The notes beneath the pieces are model-generated. The model saw only the letters and a list, made by a program, of their open reading frames with translations. It had not been told where the DNA came from and did not search any database. A DNA stretch of 62,044 nucleotides, counting the filler. It is 5 parts of 5 records of this genome, joined end to end, with 100 filler letters (N's around TTAATTAATTAA, not from the genome) between each part and the next. Parts side by side here need not be neighbours in the genome. Positions count along the whole stretch, not along the records: positions 31,574 to 43,411 come from SRR20825010_4209; 4 more parts are not named here. One strand, written 5' to 3'. The translations under genes and the position numbers were made by a program. Shown here piece by piece: positions 31,897 to 42,646 of this stretch (positions are counted from its first letter, which is position 1; each line of letters begins with the position of its first letter).

Positions 31897-32676
31897 ATGG
31901 CGAAACTTTCAAATCTCAGCCGGTCTATCGCCGGAAAAACTGCTCTCGTAACCGGGGCGGCAAGCGGGATGGGGCGTGCAACCGCACATCTTTTCGCCGA
32001 TGAAGGCGCAAATGTTGCGGTGACGGATCTTACTGAAGAAGGCGTTCAAAAGGTTGTCGATGAAATCCGCGAAGCTGGTGGTTCCGCCAACGGGTGGGTT
32101 CTCGACGTTGCGGATAAAGATCAGATTGACACGGTCGTGAAAGAGATTGCGGATCATTTCGGCGGGCTTGATATCCTGATTAACAATGCCGGCTTCTCTC
32201 ATCATATGTCGGTGGAGGATGAAGAGTTTGAGAAAAATTGGCAACGGCACTTGGATGTTCTGCTCACCGCACATGTACGGCTTGTCCGGGCAACGTTGCC
32301 GTACCTAAAGGCGTCGGGCGCCGGACGGATTGTCAATATTGCCTCTACCGAAGGTCTCGGCGCCACGCCCGAGATTGCGCCCTATACTTCCGCCAAGCAT
32401 GGGGTGATCGGCCTCACCCGTTCCCTCGCGGTGGAATTGCCAAAGTATGGCATTACGGTCAATTGCATCTGTCCCGGCGCCATCCACACCGGCATTACAG
32501 CCCGTATCAAGGATGAACATAAGGAGATTTTCTCCCGGCGTCGCATCCCGCTGAAGCGGTATGGAGAGCCTGAGGAAGTTGCTCATGCGACTTTAAGTCT
32601 GGTATTGCCTGCGGCCTCCTATATCAACGGCGTGGCGTTGCCGGTCGATGCGGGACTTACCATCAAAAATGCCTGA
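31897..32676 (+). CDS. SDR family NAD(P)-dependent oxidoreductase
   Basis: TGAASGMG, NNAG, YTSAK, VNCICPG. Confidence 0.95.
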   Translation: MAKLSNLSRSIAGKTALVTGAASGMGRATAHLFADEGANVAVTDLTEEGVQKVVDEIREAGGSANGWVLDVADKDQIDTVVKEIADHFGGLDILINNAGFSHHMSVEDEEFEKNWQRHLDVLLTAHVRLVRATLPYLKASGAGRIVNIASTEGLGATPEIAPYTSAKHGVIGLTRSLAVELPKYGITVNCICPGAIHTGITARIKDEHKEIFSRRRIPLKRYGEPEEVAHATLSLVLPAASYINGVALPVDAGLTIKNA

Positions 32677-32757
32677 AGAATAAACCGGATGGCATCACGA
32701 TGGCGTGTGATCCAAACAGCGCCAAGCTTCTACCGTTCCGCCATCTAGCCCTCACCT

Positions 32758-33219
32758 TCAGTGTGCGTCACGGCATTTAATCATACGAAGGGGCGTATAT
32801 TCGATCACAACTTCCCCTTTTTGGTTTGTGATGTGATTGCGGGTGCGAACCAGTCCGCGCGTTCCCTTCTTTGTCAGGCGCGCCTCGATCACCTCGCATT
32901 CCACATGAATTGTATCCCCGGCAAAAACCGGTGCGCGCACATCAAGCTCCATATTCAGGAATGCAAGTCCCGTGTGCTGCATGGTCGACTGAACGAGCAG
33001 TCCTTCAGCGATAGTATAGGCGAGTGCTCCTGGCGCTACCCGGCCACGAATGTCCGAATGCTCCTTCAGATATTCCATATCCATAAACAAAACTTCGGTC
33101 ATGCCGGTGCAGTTGATGAAGTTCACGATATCTGCCTCTGTCACGGTCCGGCCGATAGTCCTGAACTGATGCCCTAACGGCAACTCCTCATAATGCAGTC
33201 CCAGCCCAACGATATCCAT
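32758..33219 (-). CDS. MaoC-like hotdog-fold dehydratase
   Basis: GRTVTEADIVNF, PVFAGDTI, NQKGEVV. Confidence 0.88.
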   Translation of the reverse strand: MDIVGLGLHYEELPLGHQFRTIGRTVTEADIVNFINCTGMTEVLFMDMEYLKEHSDIRGRVAPGALAYTIAEGLLVQSTMQHTGLAFLNMELDVRAPVFAGDTIHVECEVIEARLTKKGTRGLVRTRNHITNQKGEVVIEYTPLRMIKCRDAH

Positions 33220-33263
33220 TTTTCTTCTCCTTCTTATTGATTAGCTGAAATTATATATGGCGT

Positions 33264-34490
33264 TCAATTCATTGACGGTTTGGCCACGATAAGCCATAGG
33301 CCACTTAAAAAGACGATTACTGCCATCAGACTATAGGCCTGCCAATAATGCGCAAAGTCGCCCACGATAAGGCCAAATATTGTCGGCAGGATAAGCACGC
33401 CGGCGAACATGGCGCTCGATCCCAAGGCGGTTGCTTCCGTCCGGTATTGCCCGCCAAAAGCCGCGAAAGCCCCATAAGCTATACCGGTAAAGCCACTCGC
33501 GGTGGCCCCGGCCGTGATCGCGACGAGAAGCACCGGCCAGATTGACCAGCTTTCTGATATCTGCCCCGCAGCTACAGCGGTAGCAGCCATGACAAGACCA
33601 AGCAGACCAAGCAACCTGATAGAAGAAATATAGCGGTCCGCCAGCCAGCCCCAGATCGGGCGGCTGGTGACACCGGCGATTTGATAAAGCGCCAGCACCT
33701 GCCCGGCCGCGATCAGATCCAGGTTCGTTCTGCTGGTCAGGTGAAGGGCCATAAAGCCGATAAAGCAAAGCTGAACGCCCGCATATGAAAAACTTGCGAG
33801 TGAAAGCAGCCGCATCAAAGCATTATCGCGCAAAAGATATAACGGGCGCCACAGCTCGCCCCGGAACAGTCGATGCGCCGTGTTCCTGTCTCTGTCCCAG
33901 CTTTTACGATAAAGCTGAAATGCCAGGATGAGCAGGGCAGCGGGAAGGATCTGCGTCCAGAATGCTATCCGCCAGCCGAAATTAACGGCAAGTGTCGGCA
34001 ACAATAGCGCCCCAATGACGCCGCCCAAAGGCACTCCGATCTGCCGGATTGAAAACACAAGATTTAATACTTTCGGGTTCGTGCGCGGAATCAGGAGATG
34101 TGTCGAGACCGGCGCGGTTGCTCCATACCCAATACCAAGCACAACTGCACAAAGCGCCAGCGCGTTCATGCCGCCTGACCCGGCGATAGAGAGCATGGCC
34201 ACGACCCCCAACATGACAAATTGCGCAACGCGCACTGCGCCAAACTTCTGGATAAAGTCCGGCGAGAGAAGGGCCGAGAAAATGCCAATGCCGTAAACAG
34301 TGGATACGAAAAAACCTATAAGATGCCCATCAACACCAAGGTCTTCGGCAATCTTCGGTGCGAGCGTAGGCGCGGAAAAAGCCGCCATCGTCGCCAAGGT
34401 CTGCATGGCAATTGTGAGTATCAGCGGACCATAGGGGATACCGTTTGCCTTACCCTCTACCGACTCGCCGTCGCTACCCGACGCTACCAT
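33264..34490 (-). CDS. MFS transporter
   Basis: About 12 TM; FSIRQIGVPLGG, WGWLADR. Confidence 0.9.
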   Translation of the reverse strand: MVASGSDGESVEGKANGIPYGPLILTIAMQTLATMAAFSAPTLAPKIAEDLGVDGHLIGFFVSTVYGIGIFSALLSPDFIQKFGAVRVAQFVMLGVVAMLSIAGSGGMNALALCAVVLGIGYGATAPVSTHLLIPRTNPKVLNLVFSIRQIGVPLGGVIGALLLPTLAVNFGWRIAFWTQILPAALLILAFQLYRKSWDRDRNTAHRLFRGELWRPLYLLRDNALMRLLSLASFSYAGVQLCFIGFMALHLTSRTNLDLIAAGQVLALYQIAGVTSRPIWGWLADRYISSIRLLGLLGLVMAATAVAAGQISESWSIWPVLLVAITAGATASGFTGIAYGAFAAFGGQYRTEATALGSSAMFAGVLILPTIFGLIVGDFAHYWQAYSLMAVIVFLSGLWLIVAKPSMN

Positions 34491-34493
34491 GTC

Positions 34494-35003
34494 CTAGCGA
34501 CCGTCTTTCCAAGACCCTTTCGTGCGGGCAAGATATTCTTTGGTTTCGGGTTGCTCGATGAGCATTCTGCCCCATTTTGCACAGACTTTCGCGAGGCGTT
34601 CAGGCTGCACGCCAAGCTGCGCCATGGCGACACCGCCGTTGACGGACTCGCGGTAGTCGGAAATCAGACCATCCCTAAGCTCAAACCTGCTCATACCATC
34701 GATCACGACCCTTTTTCCCGAAAATTCCGGCACGGTGGAGGTGAAGCTGGAAAGCGACCAGGCATAGGCCAGATTGCCCTCGCACATGGGATCAAACATT
34801 TCCCATCGATAGTCCTCTCCCGCGTCGCGATGGAACATGTCTGACATCATATGCGCGATTTCAGGGCGCCCCTGATGATCCCCATAGACATAGTCGTGAT
34901 ATATACCATCCTCAGTAAAGCAGGCGGCAAATGCTTCCCCGTCGCCAGCTTCAGCGGCGGCGGAGAAGCGCTTGAGCAATTCCTCGAATTCAGCGGTATT
35001 CAT
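34494..35003 (-). CDS. NTF2/SnoaL-like protein
   Basis: FAACFTEDGIYHD, DGMSRFELRDGLISDYRE. Confidence 0.85.
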   Translation of the reverse strand: MNTAEFEELLKRFSAAAEAGDGEAFAACFTEDGIYHDYVYGDHQGRPEIAHMMSDMFHRDAGEDYRWEMFDPMCEGNLAYAWSLSSFTSTVPEFSGKRVVIDGMSRFELRDGLISDYRESVNGGVAMAQLGVQPERLAKVCAKWGRMLIEQPETKEYLARTKGSWKDGR

Positions 35004-35031
35004 GTATTGCTCCTTTTTGAACGACCATCAA

Positions 35032-36012
35032 TCAGGCGGCGTTGACCAGTTTTTCAAGGCGGCTTTTAATGATATCTTCCGCCTCGCTCATGATCCGATC
35101 GATAAGTTCCTTACAGGTGGGGTTATCATGAATGAGGCCCGCAACCATGCCACAACTCCAGGCACCAACGCCCACATCGCCATCCTGCATGACCTTCGGA
35201 TAGACGCCGCCAACCAGATCGACAATATCCTCGATTTTGGTATTCGTGCCCTTTTCCCGCTCGATCTCGAGAACTTTCTCTACGGCATCGTTATTGAGAA
35301 CACGTTCAGTATTGCGGAGCGGCCGCATGATGAGCTTTGTATCCAGCTCCGTAGCGGCAATAATGGCGTCTTTAACATTCTGATGGACCGGCGCCTCTTT
35401 CGTCACCATAAACCGGGTGCCCATATTGATCCCGTCAGCGCCCAGCGCCAATGCCGCCACAAGCTGCTGGGCATTGCCCATGCCGCCCGAGGCCACGAAC
35501 GGAACGTCCAGCTCTTCCGCTGCGCGCGGCAGCAGGATCATGTTCGGAATGTCATCCTCTCCCGGATGTCCCCCACATTCGAAACCATCCACACTGACCG
35601 CATCACAGCCAATCTTCTGTGCCTTCAGGGAGTGACGAACGGAGGTGCATTTATGAATGACTTTAATACCGGCATCCTTCAACGCAGGCATATAAGCTTC
35701 CGGGCTGCGACCTGCGGTTTCAACAATCTTCACACCGCCTTTGACAATCGCCTCAATATATTCAGGGTAGGGCGGCGCTGTAAAGCTTGGCAGGAACGTC
35801 AAGTTTACGCCAAAAGGTTTGTCCGTCATGTCATTACAACGCGCAATTTCGTTTGCAAGATCTGCCGGTGTCTTTTGGGTCAGCCCCGTAATAATGCCAA
35901 GCCCTCCCGCATTTGATACGGCCGCCGCGAGTTCCGCGAAGCCCACATAATGCATTCCTCCCTGGATGATCGGATGCTCGATACCAAAGAGTTCAGTTAT
36001 TCTCGTTTTCAT
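35032..36012 (-). CDS. Nitronate monooxygenase/FabK-like flavin oxidoreductase
   Basis: HPIIQGGM, AAVSNAGGLG, GFECGGH, ASGG, MGTRF; ATG 36012 behind GGAG. Confidence 0.92.
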   Translation of the reverse strand: MKTRITELFGIEHPIIQGGMHYVGFAELAAAVSNAGGLGIITGLTQKTPADLANEIARCNDMTDKPFGVNLTFLPSFTAPPYPEYIEAIVKGGVKIVETAGRSPEAYMPALKDAGIKVIHKCTSVRHSLKAQKIGCDAVSVDGFECGGHPGEDDIPNMILLPRAAEELDVPFVASGGMGNAQQLVAALALGADGINMGTRFMVTKEAPVHQNVKDAIIAATELDTKLIMRPLRNTERVLNNDAVEKVLEIEREKGTNTKIEDIVDLVGGVYPKVMQDGDVGVGAWSCGMVAGLIHDNPTCKELIDRIMSEAEDIIKSRLEKLVNAA

Positions 36013-36161
36013 GGATGACTCCAGTTGATTGTTATTTTTATTCTTTATAGGAAGCGATTTCTTATACTGCAACAACCTGCCGCAAGAGGCTACCCTTATG
36101 GCCAGTAATTTAGCGGTCCTTCCACCCAATTAGCAATCATCAATTAGCCTTACGCCATAAA

Positions 36162-37832
36162 TCACATTACAGCGCCGGCCCGAATGAGGATTTCATTAAA
36201 ATCCGTATCATCCGGTAAAGTTCCATAGGCTCCGGACCAATAGTCGCCAAGGCGGGAGGCGCAAAAGGCATCTGATACCGCCGAGGGTGCATGCTGGACT
36301 AGAAGTGCACCCTGCCAGGCAAGCGCCATCATCTCTGTGACGCGCCGGGCGCGGGTTTCAAAGTTGCTGGTTTCCGAAACCTCAGCTTTCAGGCGCGCCG
36401 TATGACTATCGAGCAGGTGATTACCGCTCTTCGCCTGTTCAATTTCCGCAAAAAAAGCAGGCAGTGCGCTTGCATCCTTATAAAGCGCCCGGAGCACATC
36501 AAGGCAGATCACATTGCCCGACCCCTCCCAGATGCTGTTGACCGGCGCTTCGCGATAAAGCCGCGGCAAGATGCTTTCCTCTATATATCCGGGACCGCCA
36601 TGACATTCCATTGCCTCGTAGACATGGCCCGGTGTCCGTTTGCAGATCCAGTATTTCCCGACTGCTGTGCCGATACGGGCGAGCGCCGCTTCCGCCGGGT
36701 CTGTCTCCCCCGCCCCTATGGCGCGGCCAAGACGCAAGAAAAGAGCCGTCGCCGCCTCTGACTCCAGCGCAAGGTCTGCCAGCACATTTTGCATCAAGGG
36801 TTGCTGGATCAGCTTCTTCTGAAAGGCAGAACGATAACTTGCATGATGAATTGCCTGCGTCAGTGCCTGTCGCATCAAGGCGGCCGAGCCAACCGCGCAA
36901 TAGTATCGGGTTCCCTGCACCATCTCAATGATAGTACGGACACCACGCCCCTCCTCACCCAACATTAAGCCCCAGGCATCAACAAGCTCCATCTCGCTCG
37001 ATGCATTGGACTTATTGCCAAGTTTATCTTTAAGTCGCTGGATATAAAGGCCGTTTCGCGTACCATCGGGACGCCACCTCGGCAACAAGAAACAGCTTAG
37101 TCCATTCTCCGTATAGGCAAGGGAGAGAAAAGCATCCGACATTGGGGCGGAACAGAAAAATTTATGACCGGACAAAATATAAGGCGTGCCGGGACCAGTG
37201 GCGGATCCTTCGGGCCGCGCTTTCGTCGAATTTGCGCGCACATCGGAGCCGCCCTGCTTCTCCGTCATGAACATGCCCATGGTGATGCTTTTCTTCTCAT
37301 TCGCGGGAATATCGCGCGAGTCATATTCCGTCGCCAATAGGCGAGGAATCCATTCCTTCGCAATTTCCGGCGTAGCCTTAAGGGCGGGCACGACCGCGTA
37401 ACTCATCGCCATTGGACACAGAACGCCACCTTCGATCTGATTGAGAAGATAGGAGAGCGCCCCATGGGCCACATGATTGCCGCCTTGCGGATTATTCCAG
37501 GCGAAGCTTGGCACATCATGGGCAATCGCCAGGCCCATCAGGTTGTGGTAGGCGGGATGAAAGGTCACCTGATTGATCCGCATGCCATTCCGGTCAAAGG
37601 CCTTCATCTCGGGCGGATACCGGTTGGCCTGGTTGGCCCATTCGAGTGTTTCTTCCGAGCCTGCTTTCATAGCAAAATCGATGACCTGCCGCTCCGCCCA
37701 TCCGGCCCCTTCCCGAAGCAAGCCTTCCTGCAACGGCAGATCCTTGCCGTACAGGTCCTGATCCCCAAGCATGGGCGGCACATTGGTCACCTCATGGGTG
37801 GGCAAGTTGGAAATCGGGCTTCGGATAGTCAT
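36162..37832 (-). CDS. AidB-like acyl-CoA dehydrogenase
   Basis: THEVTN, MTEKQGGSDVRAN, GHKFFCSAP, RLKDKLGNKSNAS, REAPVNSIWEGSGNV. Confidence 0.92.
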   Translation of the reverse strand: MTIRSPISNLPTHEVTNVPPMLGDQDLYGKDLPLQEGLLREGAGWAERQVIDFAMKAGSEETLEWANQANRYPPEMKAFDRNGMRINQVTFHPAYHNLMGLAIAHDVPSFAWNNPQGGNHVAHGALSYLLNQIEGGVLCPMAMSYAVVPALKATPEIAKEWIPRLLATEYDSRDIPANEKKSITMGMFMTEKQGGSDVRANSTKARPEGSATGPGTPYILSGHKFFCSAPMSDAFLSLAYTENGLSCFLLPRWRPDGTRNGLYIQRLKDKLGNKSNASSEMELVDAWGLMLGEEGRGVRTIIEMVQGTRYYCAVGSAALMRQALTQAIHHASYRSAFQKKLIQQPLMQNVLADLALESEAATALFLRLGRAIGAGETDPAEAALARIGTAVGKYWICKRTPGHVYEAMECHGGPGYIEESILPRLYREAPVNSIWEGSGNVICLDVLRALYKDASALPAFFAEIEQAKSGNHLLDSHTARLKAEVSETSNFETRARRVTEMMALAWQGALLVQHAPSAVSDAFCASRLGDYWSGAYGTLPDDTDFNEILIRAGAVM

Positions 37833-37887
37833 AACGAAGTTCCTTTCTTAAGAAAGCCAGATGGTCCTCATTATATGGGGCAGGGCA

Positions 37888-39774
37888 TCACTCCCTCCAA
37901 ACCACTTCATGACGGAGCGTATAGGGCCCCAGTTTCTCCGCTATCTGGCCGCCAAGAGTTGCCTTGTCACCACCGGTTACAGTGATCGTCGCCACGCTGC
38001 CATGCACAGGATGGTTATCGACATTGACCGCGATTGAAGCACCGTTCGCGTTAAATGGCTCCAATTCAGCTGAGAACACCTTCACGGCTGCATCATGGCG
38101 CAATGTCGGCTTGAATATCTTCCCGACACCGGTAAGCGGCATTTCCGCAATTATCGTGAGATCGGCAGGATTGGCCGCGCGCTCCGGAATTCTCTCCCGG
38201 GCAAAATCCTTCAGCTCATCCGGTGTTACCTTCGCATCCGGTTTCAATTGAACATAGGCCACGGGAATCTCGCCAGCATAGCTATCCGGTCTGCCAACCG
38301 CTGCGGCAAGCTCAACGGCGGGATGCTCGTGCAGTGCCTCCTCGATGATGGACGGATCGATATTATGACCACTTCGGATGATAATATCCTTCGCACGTCC
38401 GGTGAGCCAGATATAGCCCTCCGCATCAATACGCCCAAGATCACCGGAGCGGAGCCAGCCGTCCGCTGTAAAGGCCGTCGCGTTATAGTCCGACTGGACA
38501 TAGCCTGGCGTTACACAAATGCCCTTCATGATTATCTCACCGATTTCCTCCGGGTCGGCAAACCGGGTGATGTTCCCGCCCTCATCGATATGAGCAGCCT
38601 CAACCTCGACGAAGGGGAACCGCAAGCCCACTGAGCCAAACCGCGCCTCACCACCCTGCGGCTGCATTGTGGTAAAGCAGGTCACCTCCGTCATGCCATA
38701 TCCTTCAAGCATTGGCACGCCGGAAAGATCGCTAATCGCTTTCAGCACCTCAACCGGGGCCGCGGATCCACCGGTCAGGCCCGCCCGAAGTGTACTGATA
38801 TCCGCGTCGCCGATCGGAACGTTTAACAATGCGGACATCATCGTCGGCACACCGCCAAGAACCGTGATGCCGTATTTTTCGACGAGACGCCAGTAATTGC
38901 CAATAATTAGCGGATCACGAAATCCAAGGGGACTACTAATCACCAATGTCGCGCCGTTTATCATGGGCACCAAACCAACAACAATTGACCCGCTGATATG
39001 AAACATGGGAAGTCCGGCCAGCAGGCAATCCGCCTCCGAATAGCCAAGACCAAAACCGCTCATCGCGATCTGGGAGAGCTGCATCCTGTTTGTATGCGGC
39101 GCGAGTTTTGGAACGCCGGTTGTACCGCCTGTATGATAATAACCGATAACATCATCCGGCGCCTCATTTCGGGGGCCGTTAATGGCGCTGGCATCCTGCT
39201 TCGCGATCATTTCGTCCAAGGGAAAGATTTTCTCTCCATCGCATTCAGCACCGCCGCCAAGGACATAGACCGCCTTCAGGTTGGGCATTCTCTCAATGAC
39301 ATAGGCGGCCTTTTCCCAGAGTTCCGGGCTCAAGGCCTGCCCCGTCGCGATTAGAATGGTGGCGTTTGCTGCCTCCGCTATACCAAGGATATGCTCGGGC
39401 TCCAGCAGCGGATTGACGGCATTCACCGTTCCAACAGCCTCCGCACCAAGCATGGTGAAATAAGCTTGCGGACAGAGCGGAATGAGATAGGTGACCGTTT
39501 CCCCTTTTGCGAGCCCTGCAGAGAGAAACAGATTGGCAGTCTGATTGACCCTGGCGAGTAATTCACGGTAGGTAATTACCTTGCCATCGCCCATCGGATC
39601 CCCGGGCGGCAACGCGATCAGAGCCGGTTTTTCGGCATATTGTTCGACCGCCGCGCAGAAAACATCATACACATTCTGAAACGGCACCCATTTCTCAATA
39701 GGCGTTTTCTCAAACTCTTCAACATCCGCGAGGCTGGCAAACGGCAAATTGAACTTGTTGATGGTTTCCACCAT
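37888..39774 (-). CDS. Acyl-CoA synthetase (AMP-forming)
   Basis: HTGGTTGVPK, EGYGMTE, SGDLG, GRAKDIIIRSGHNIDP, GVGKIFK. Confidence 0.93.
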   Translation of the reverse strand: MVETINKFNLPFASLADVEEFEKTPIEKWVPFQNVYDVFCAAVEQYAEKPALIALPPGDPMGDGKVITYRELLARVNQTANLFLSAGLAKGETVTYLIPLCPQAYFTMLGAEAVGTVNAVNPLLEPEHILGIAEAANATILIATGQALSPELWEKAAYVIERMPNLKAVYVLGGGAECDGEKIFPLDEMIAKQDASAINGPRNEAPDDVIGYYHTGGTTGVPKLAPHTNRMQLSQIAMSGFGLGYSEADCLLAGLPMFHISGSIVVGLVPMINGATLVISSPLGFRDPLIIGNYWRLVEKYGITVLGGVPTMMSALLNVPIGDADISTLRAGLTGGSAAPVEVLKAISDLSGVPMLEGYGMTEVTCFTTMQPQGGEARFGSVGLRFPFVEVEAAHIDEGGNITRFADPEEIGEIIMKGICVTPGYVQSDYNATAFTADGWLRSGDLGRIDAEGYIWLTGRAKDIIIRSGHNIDPSIIEEALHEHPAVELAAAVGRPDSYAGEIPVAYVQLKPDAKVTPDELKDFARERIPERAANPADLTIIAEMPLTGVGKIFKPTLRHDAAVKVFSAELEPFNANGASIAVNVDNHPVHGSVATITVTGGDKATLGGQIAEKLGPYTLRHEVVWRE

Positions 39775-40043
39775 TCTTCTTCTCCCATAATCACCTGTTA
39801 GTTTTATTCTTGCGAGGACGTTGAGCCATCCTTCTTTTAATCTTCATGATGCCAGATACAAGGCAAGATACAATCAAAAATTACTGCCCATGCACCCAAG
39901 CCTGTACAATATGCGGGGTCAGGATTTATCCTCGCCCGCAGCACCGAAAGGTGTCTTATTGATCAAAACAGGCTACATTGGCAGGGCGCCCTCCACAATA
40001 GCCGCTACTTTGCGGAAAAATGGCAAGGCCTAGAGCAAGTAGT

Positions 40044-41102
40044 ATGAAAACATTCTCTCAGTTGAACGCATTGACGGTCGGTTCGGCAACCATCGATGTC
40101 ATCGCCTCGGTTGATGACCAGGATATCGAACGGATGACCATGCATAACGCTACGTCGTCTTTTCTCTTGCTTGAGGAGGGGCGAAAGATAGATGTGAGCT
40201 CCATTAAATCTTCCGTTGGCGGTGGTGGGACTAATTCTGCCGTCGCTCTGGCCCGGCTTGGATGCCAGACAACCTCCCTTCTGCGCGTGGGGAAAGATCT
40301 TGAAGGAGAGAAAATCAGGGACATACTGACCTCGGAAAGGATCAATACTGATCTGATGATAGAAGATGGCGCTTTGCCTACGGGTCAGGCGATCATGGTT
40401 ATGTCGCATGTTCGAAATCCTACCATCTTCACAAACCGCGGTGCCAACATTGCCTTCTGCGAGGATGAGATTGGCCCGGAGCTCTTTCAGAATCACGACC
40501 TTGTTTATATCGCCAGCCTGTCCGGCAACTCCGCCGCGTGCCTGACAAAAATTGCCCGCCTCGCAAAAGAAGCGGGCGCCTTTGTCGCCACAAACCCCGG
40601 CATCCGCCAGATTACATACTGGTCCGGCGATATTATTGAGGCGCTCTCCCATGTCAATCTGCTCTCTATCAATGCGGTGGAGGCGGAGCAACTCGCGCTC
40701 ACCCTGTTGCCAAAGGGCCAGCCGATGGCTGACAAAAAACCAACCGGAAAGGAACCCATCCTGCTCGAGAAAGGCTTGGGAGGACGAACGTTTGAGAGTT
40801 TTGTCCGGGAAGTATGCAAAATCGGGCCAAGAATTGTCCTTGTAACCAACGGTGCAGAGGGAGCTTACGCGGGAACACCGAACGGCATTCGCTTTCATCC
40901 AGCAGGTAAATCCGAGGTCAGCAATACAGCGGGCGCCGGCGATGCCTTTGCCACAACGTTCTCTGCTTATGCCGCAATTGATGCTGATTTAGACCTCTGC
41001 CTTAAGGCGGCGACGGCAAACGCCCTCTCTGTTATCGCGGCACCAGATACGCAAAGTGGATTGCTCAGGAAAGCCGAGATAGATGCTGCCATTTGTGCCT
41101 GA
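40044..41102 (+). CDS. PfkB-family carbohydrate kinase
   Basis: VGSATID, GGGGTNSAVALARLG, NTAGAGDAF. Confidence 0.9.
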   Translation: MKTFSQLNALTVGSATIDVIASVDDQDIERMTMHNATSSFLLLEEGRKIDVSSIKSSVGGGGTNSAVALARLGCQTTSLLRVGKDLEGEKIRDILTSERINTDLMIEDGALPTGQAIMVMSHVRNPTIFTNRGANIAFCEDEIGPELFQNHDLVYIASLSGNSAACLTKIARLAKEAGAFVATNPGIRQITYWSGDIIEALSHVNLLSINAVEAEQLALTLLPKGQPMADKKPTGKEPILLEKGLGGRTFESFVREVCKIGPRIVLVTNGAEGAYAGTPNGIRFHPAGKSEVSNTAGAGDAFATTFSAYAAIDADLDLCLKAATANALSVIAAPDTQSGLLRKAEIDAAICA

Positions 41103-41135
41103 TCTCACAAATGACTGTGAATTGCATGGTAGCTT
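41091..41135 (+). promoter_or_regulatory. CRP-family site with extended -10 (class II geometry)
   Basis: ATT-TGTGC-CTGATC-TCACA-AAT centred at 41101.5; TG-n-TAGCTT at 41127-41135. Confidence 0.45.
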
Positions 41136-41182
41136 TTTGTTTCTTGATTTACATTTAAGCCGAACAAAAGGACGTCATCCCC

Positions 41183-41812
41183 ATGCTCAAACACCTGTTA
41201 GCTATCTGTATTTTAGTTGCCTGCGCGGCTTTCACGCTTTCTCCCGCCTTGGCTGAGGATGACGACGTCGCAACAGTTTCACGGCTTAGAAACGCCGCTG
41301 CCGTCATTCGGCAAGGACAACAGATAAATATTCAAGTCGGCCATAAGCTGAGGAAGTTTGATGAAATAAAATCGGGAGAAAACGCCCGGGTTGAAATTAT
41401 TTTCAATGATGGCACAAAACTGAATATCGGCGCAGATTGCCATATTATTATCGACGAATTTCTGTTCGACCCCGATGAAAATATCGGCATCGCAATCCTG
41501 CGGGCGTTGCAAGGGCCTTTTCGCTTCATTACGGGGCGTATCGGAAAAGTCTTGCAGCCGCAGGTCGTCGTTCAGAGTCCTTTTGGCATCGTCGGCGTTC
41601 GCGGCACGGATTTCTGGGCTGGCCCGTCACGGGGCGTATACGGCGTCCTCTTACTGGATGGGTCGATCTCGGTCACTAATCCGTTGGGCCAACGCATCCT
41701 CACAACCCCGGGGACCGGCGTCAATCTGACAGGCAATAGCGCACCGCCTGGGGAGGTAACGGTATGGGGTGCCGGGCGCGCACAAGAGGCTCTGGCTGAT
41801 GTTGCTTTTTAG
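41183..41812 (+). CDS. Secreted FecR-domain protein, copy 1
   Basis: Signal peptide (ALA); F.DGT.L.IG, GPFRFITG, GVRGTDF. Confidence 0.85.
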   Translation: MLKHLLAICILVACAAFTLSPALAEDDDVATVSRLRNAAAVIRQGQQINIQVGHKLRKFDEIKSGENARVEIIFNDGTKLNIGADCHIIIDEFLFDPDENIGIAILRALQGPFRFITGRIGKVLQPQVVVQSPFGIVGVRGTDFWAGPSRGVYGVLLLDGSISVTNPLGQRILTTPGTGVNLTGNSAPPGEVTVWGAGRAQEALADVAF

Positions 41813-41984
41813 CTAGCCGCCGCCAAAGAATCCTTTATTTCCAACCTCTCACAACATAAAATTTCGGGGTAAGGTGATCTTTTCGCACAGTCGCATCGTA
41901 AAAACATCACTGGGGCGGTCTATCGCATTTAAAACGCGATCAGAAAACACTCATGGCCCAATATACAAGATGTAGGAGAGCGGT

Positions 41985-42620
41985 ATGTTCAAGAATCTGG
42001 TTGTGGTATTGTCTTTGGCGGCGGGGCTTGTCTTTGCATTCGCGGAGAACGGCATTGCCGCCAATCCTGACGTCGGCACGGTCACCCGCCTTCAAAGCGA
42101 TGCGAAGATAATCAGAGAGGGCCAGACAATTCCCATGGAAGTCGGGTCAGTGATACGGGAAAGCGACGAAATCAATTCGGAAAACATGGCCCGCATTGAA
42201 ATTACCTTCACGGACGGGACAACGCTGCTTATCGGTGAGAACGCCCGCATAGAAATTGACGAATATTTATACGATCCTGGCAACAATATCGGAACGGCAA
42301 TTATCAGCGCTCTCCAAGGCCCGTTTCGGTTTATCACCGGAAAAATCGGCCAGTTGAAAGACAAACGCGTCGAAATAAAAAGCAGCGCCGGAACTATTGG
42401 CGTGCGCGGGACTGATTTTTGGGGTGGACCATCACAGGGAACTTATGGTGTATTCCTGTTTGAGGGGGTAATTGTTATCTTCAACGCCGAAGGCGGACGG
42501 ATAGTAAGCACCCCGGGAACCGGTGTAGATCTCGACGGCATTGATAAAGTGCCGGGAGAGGTTACCGTTTGGGGCGCTTCACGTGCCCAGGCTGCACTTG
42601 CAACTGTGACTTTTAGGTAG
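41985..42620 (+). CDS. Secreted FecR-domain protein, copy 2
   Basis: Signal peptide; same motifs as copy 1 and ungapped collinear alignment; RBS AGGAG. Confidence 0.85.
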   Translation: MFKNLVVVLSLAAGLVFAFAENGIAANPDVGTVTRLQSDAKIIREGQTIPMEVGSVIRESDEINSENMARIEITFTDGTTLLIGENARIEIDEYLYDPGNNIGTAIISALQGPFRFITGKIGQLKDKRVEIKSSAGTIGVRGTDFWGGPSQGTYGVFLFEGVIVIFNAEGGRIVSTPGTGVDLDGIDKVPGEVTVWGASRAQAALATVTFR

Positions 42621-42646
42621 GGGAGCATTTCCCCTTTGAGCGCGAG

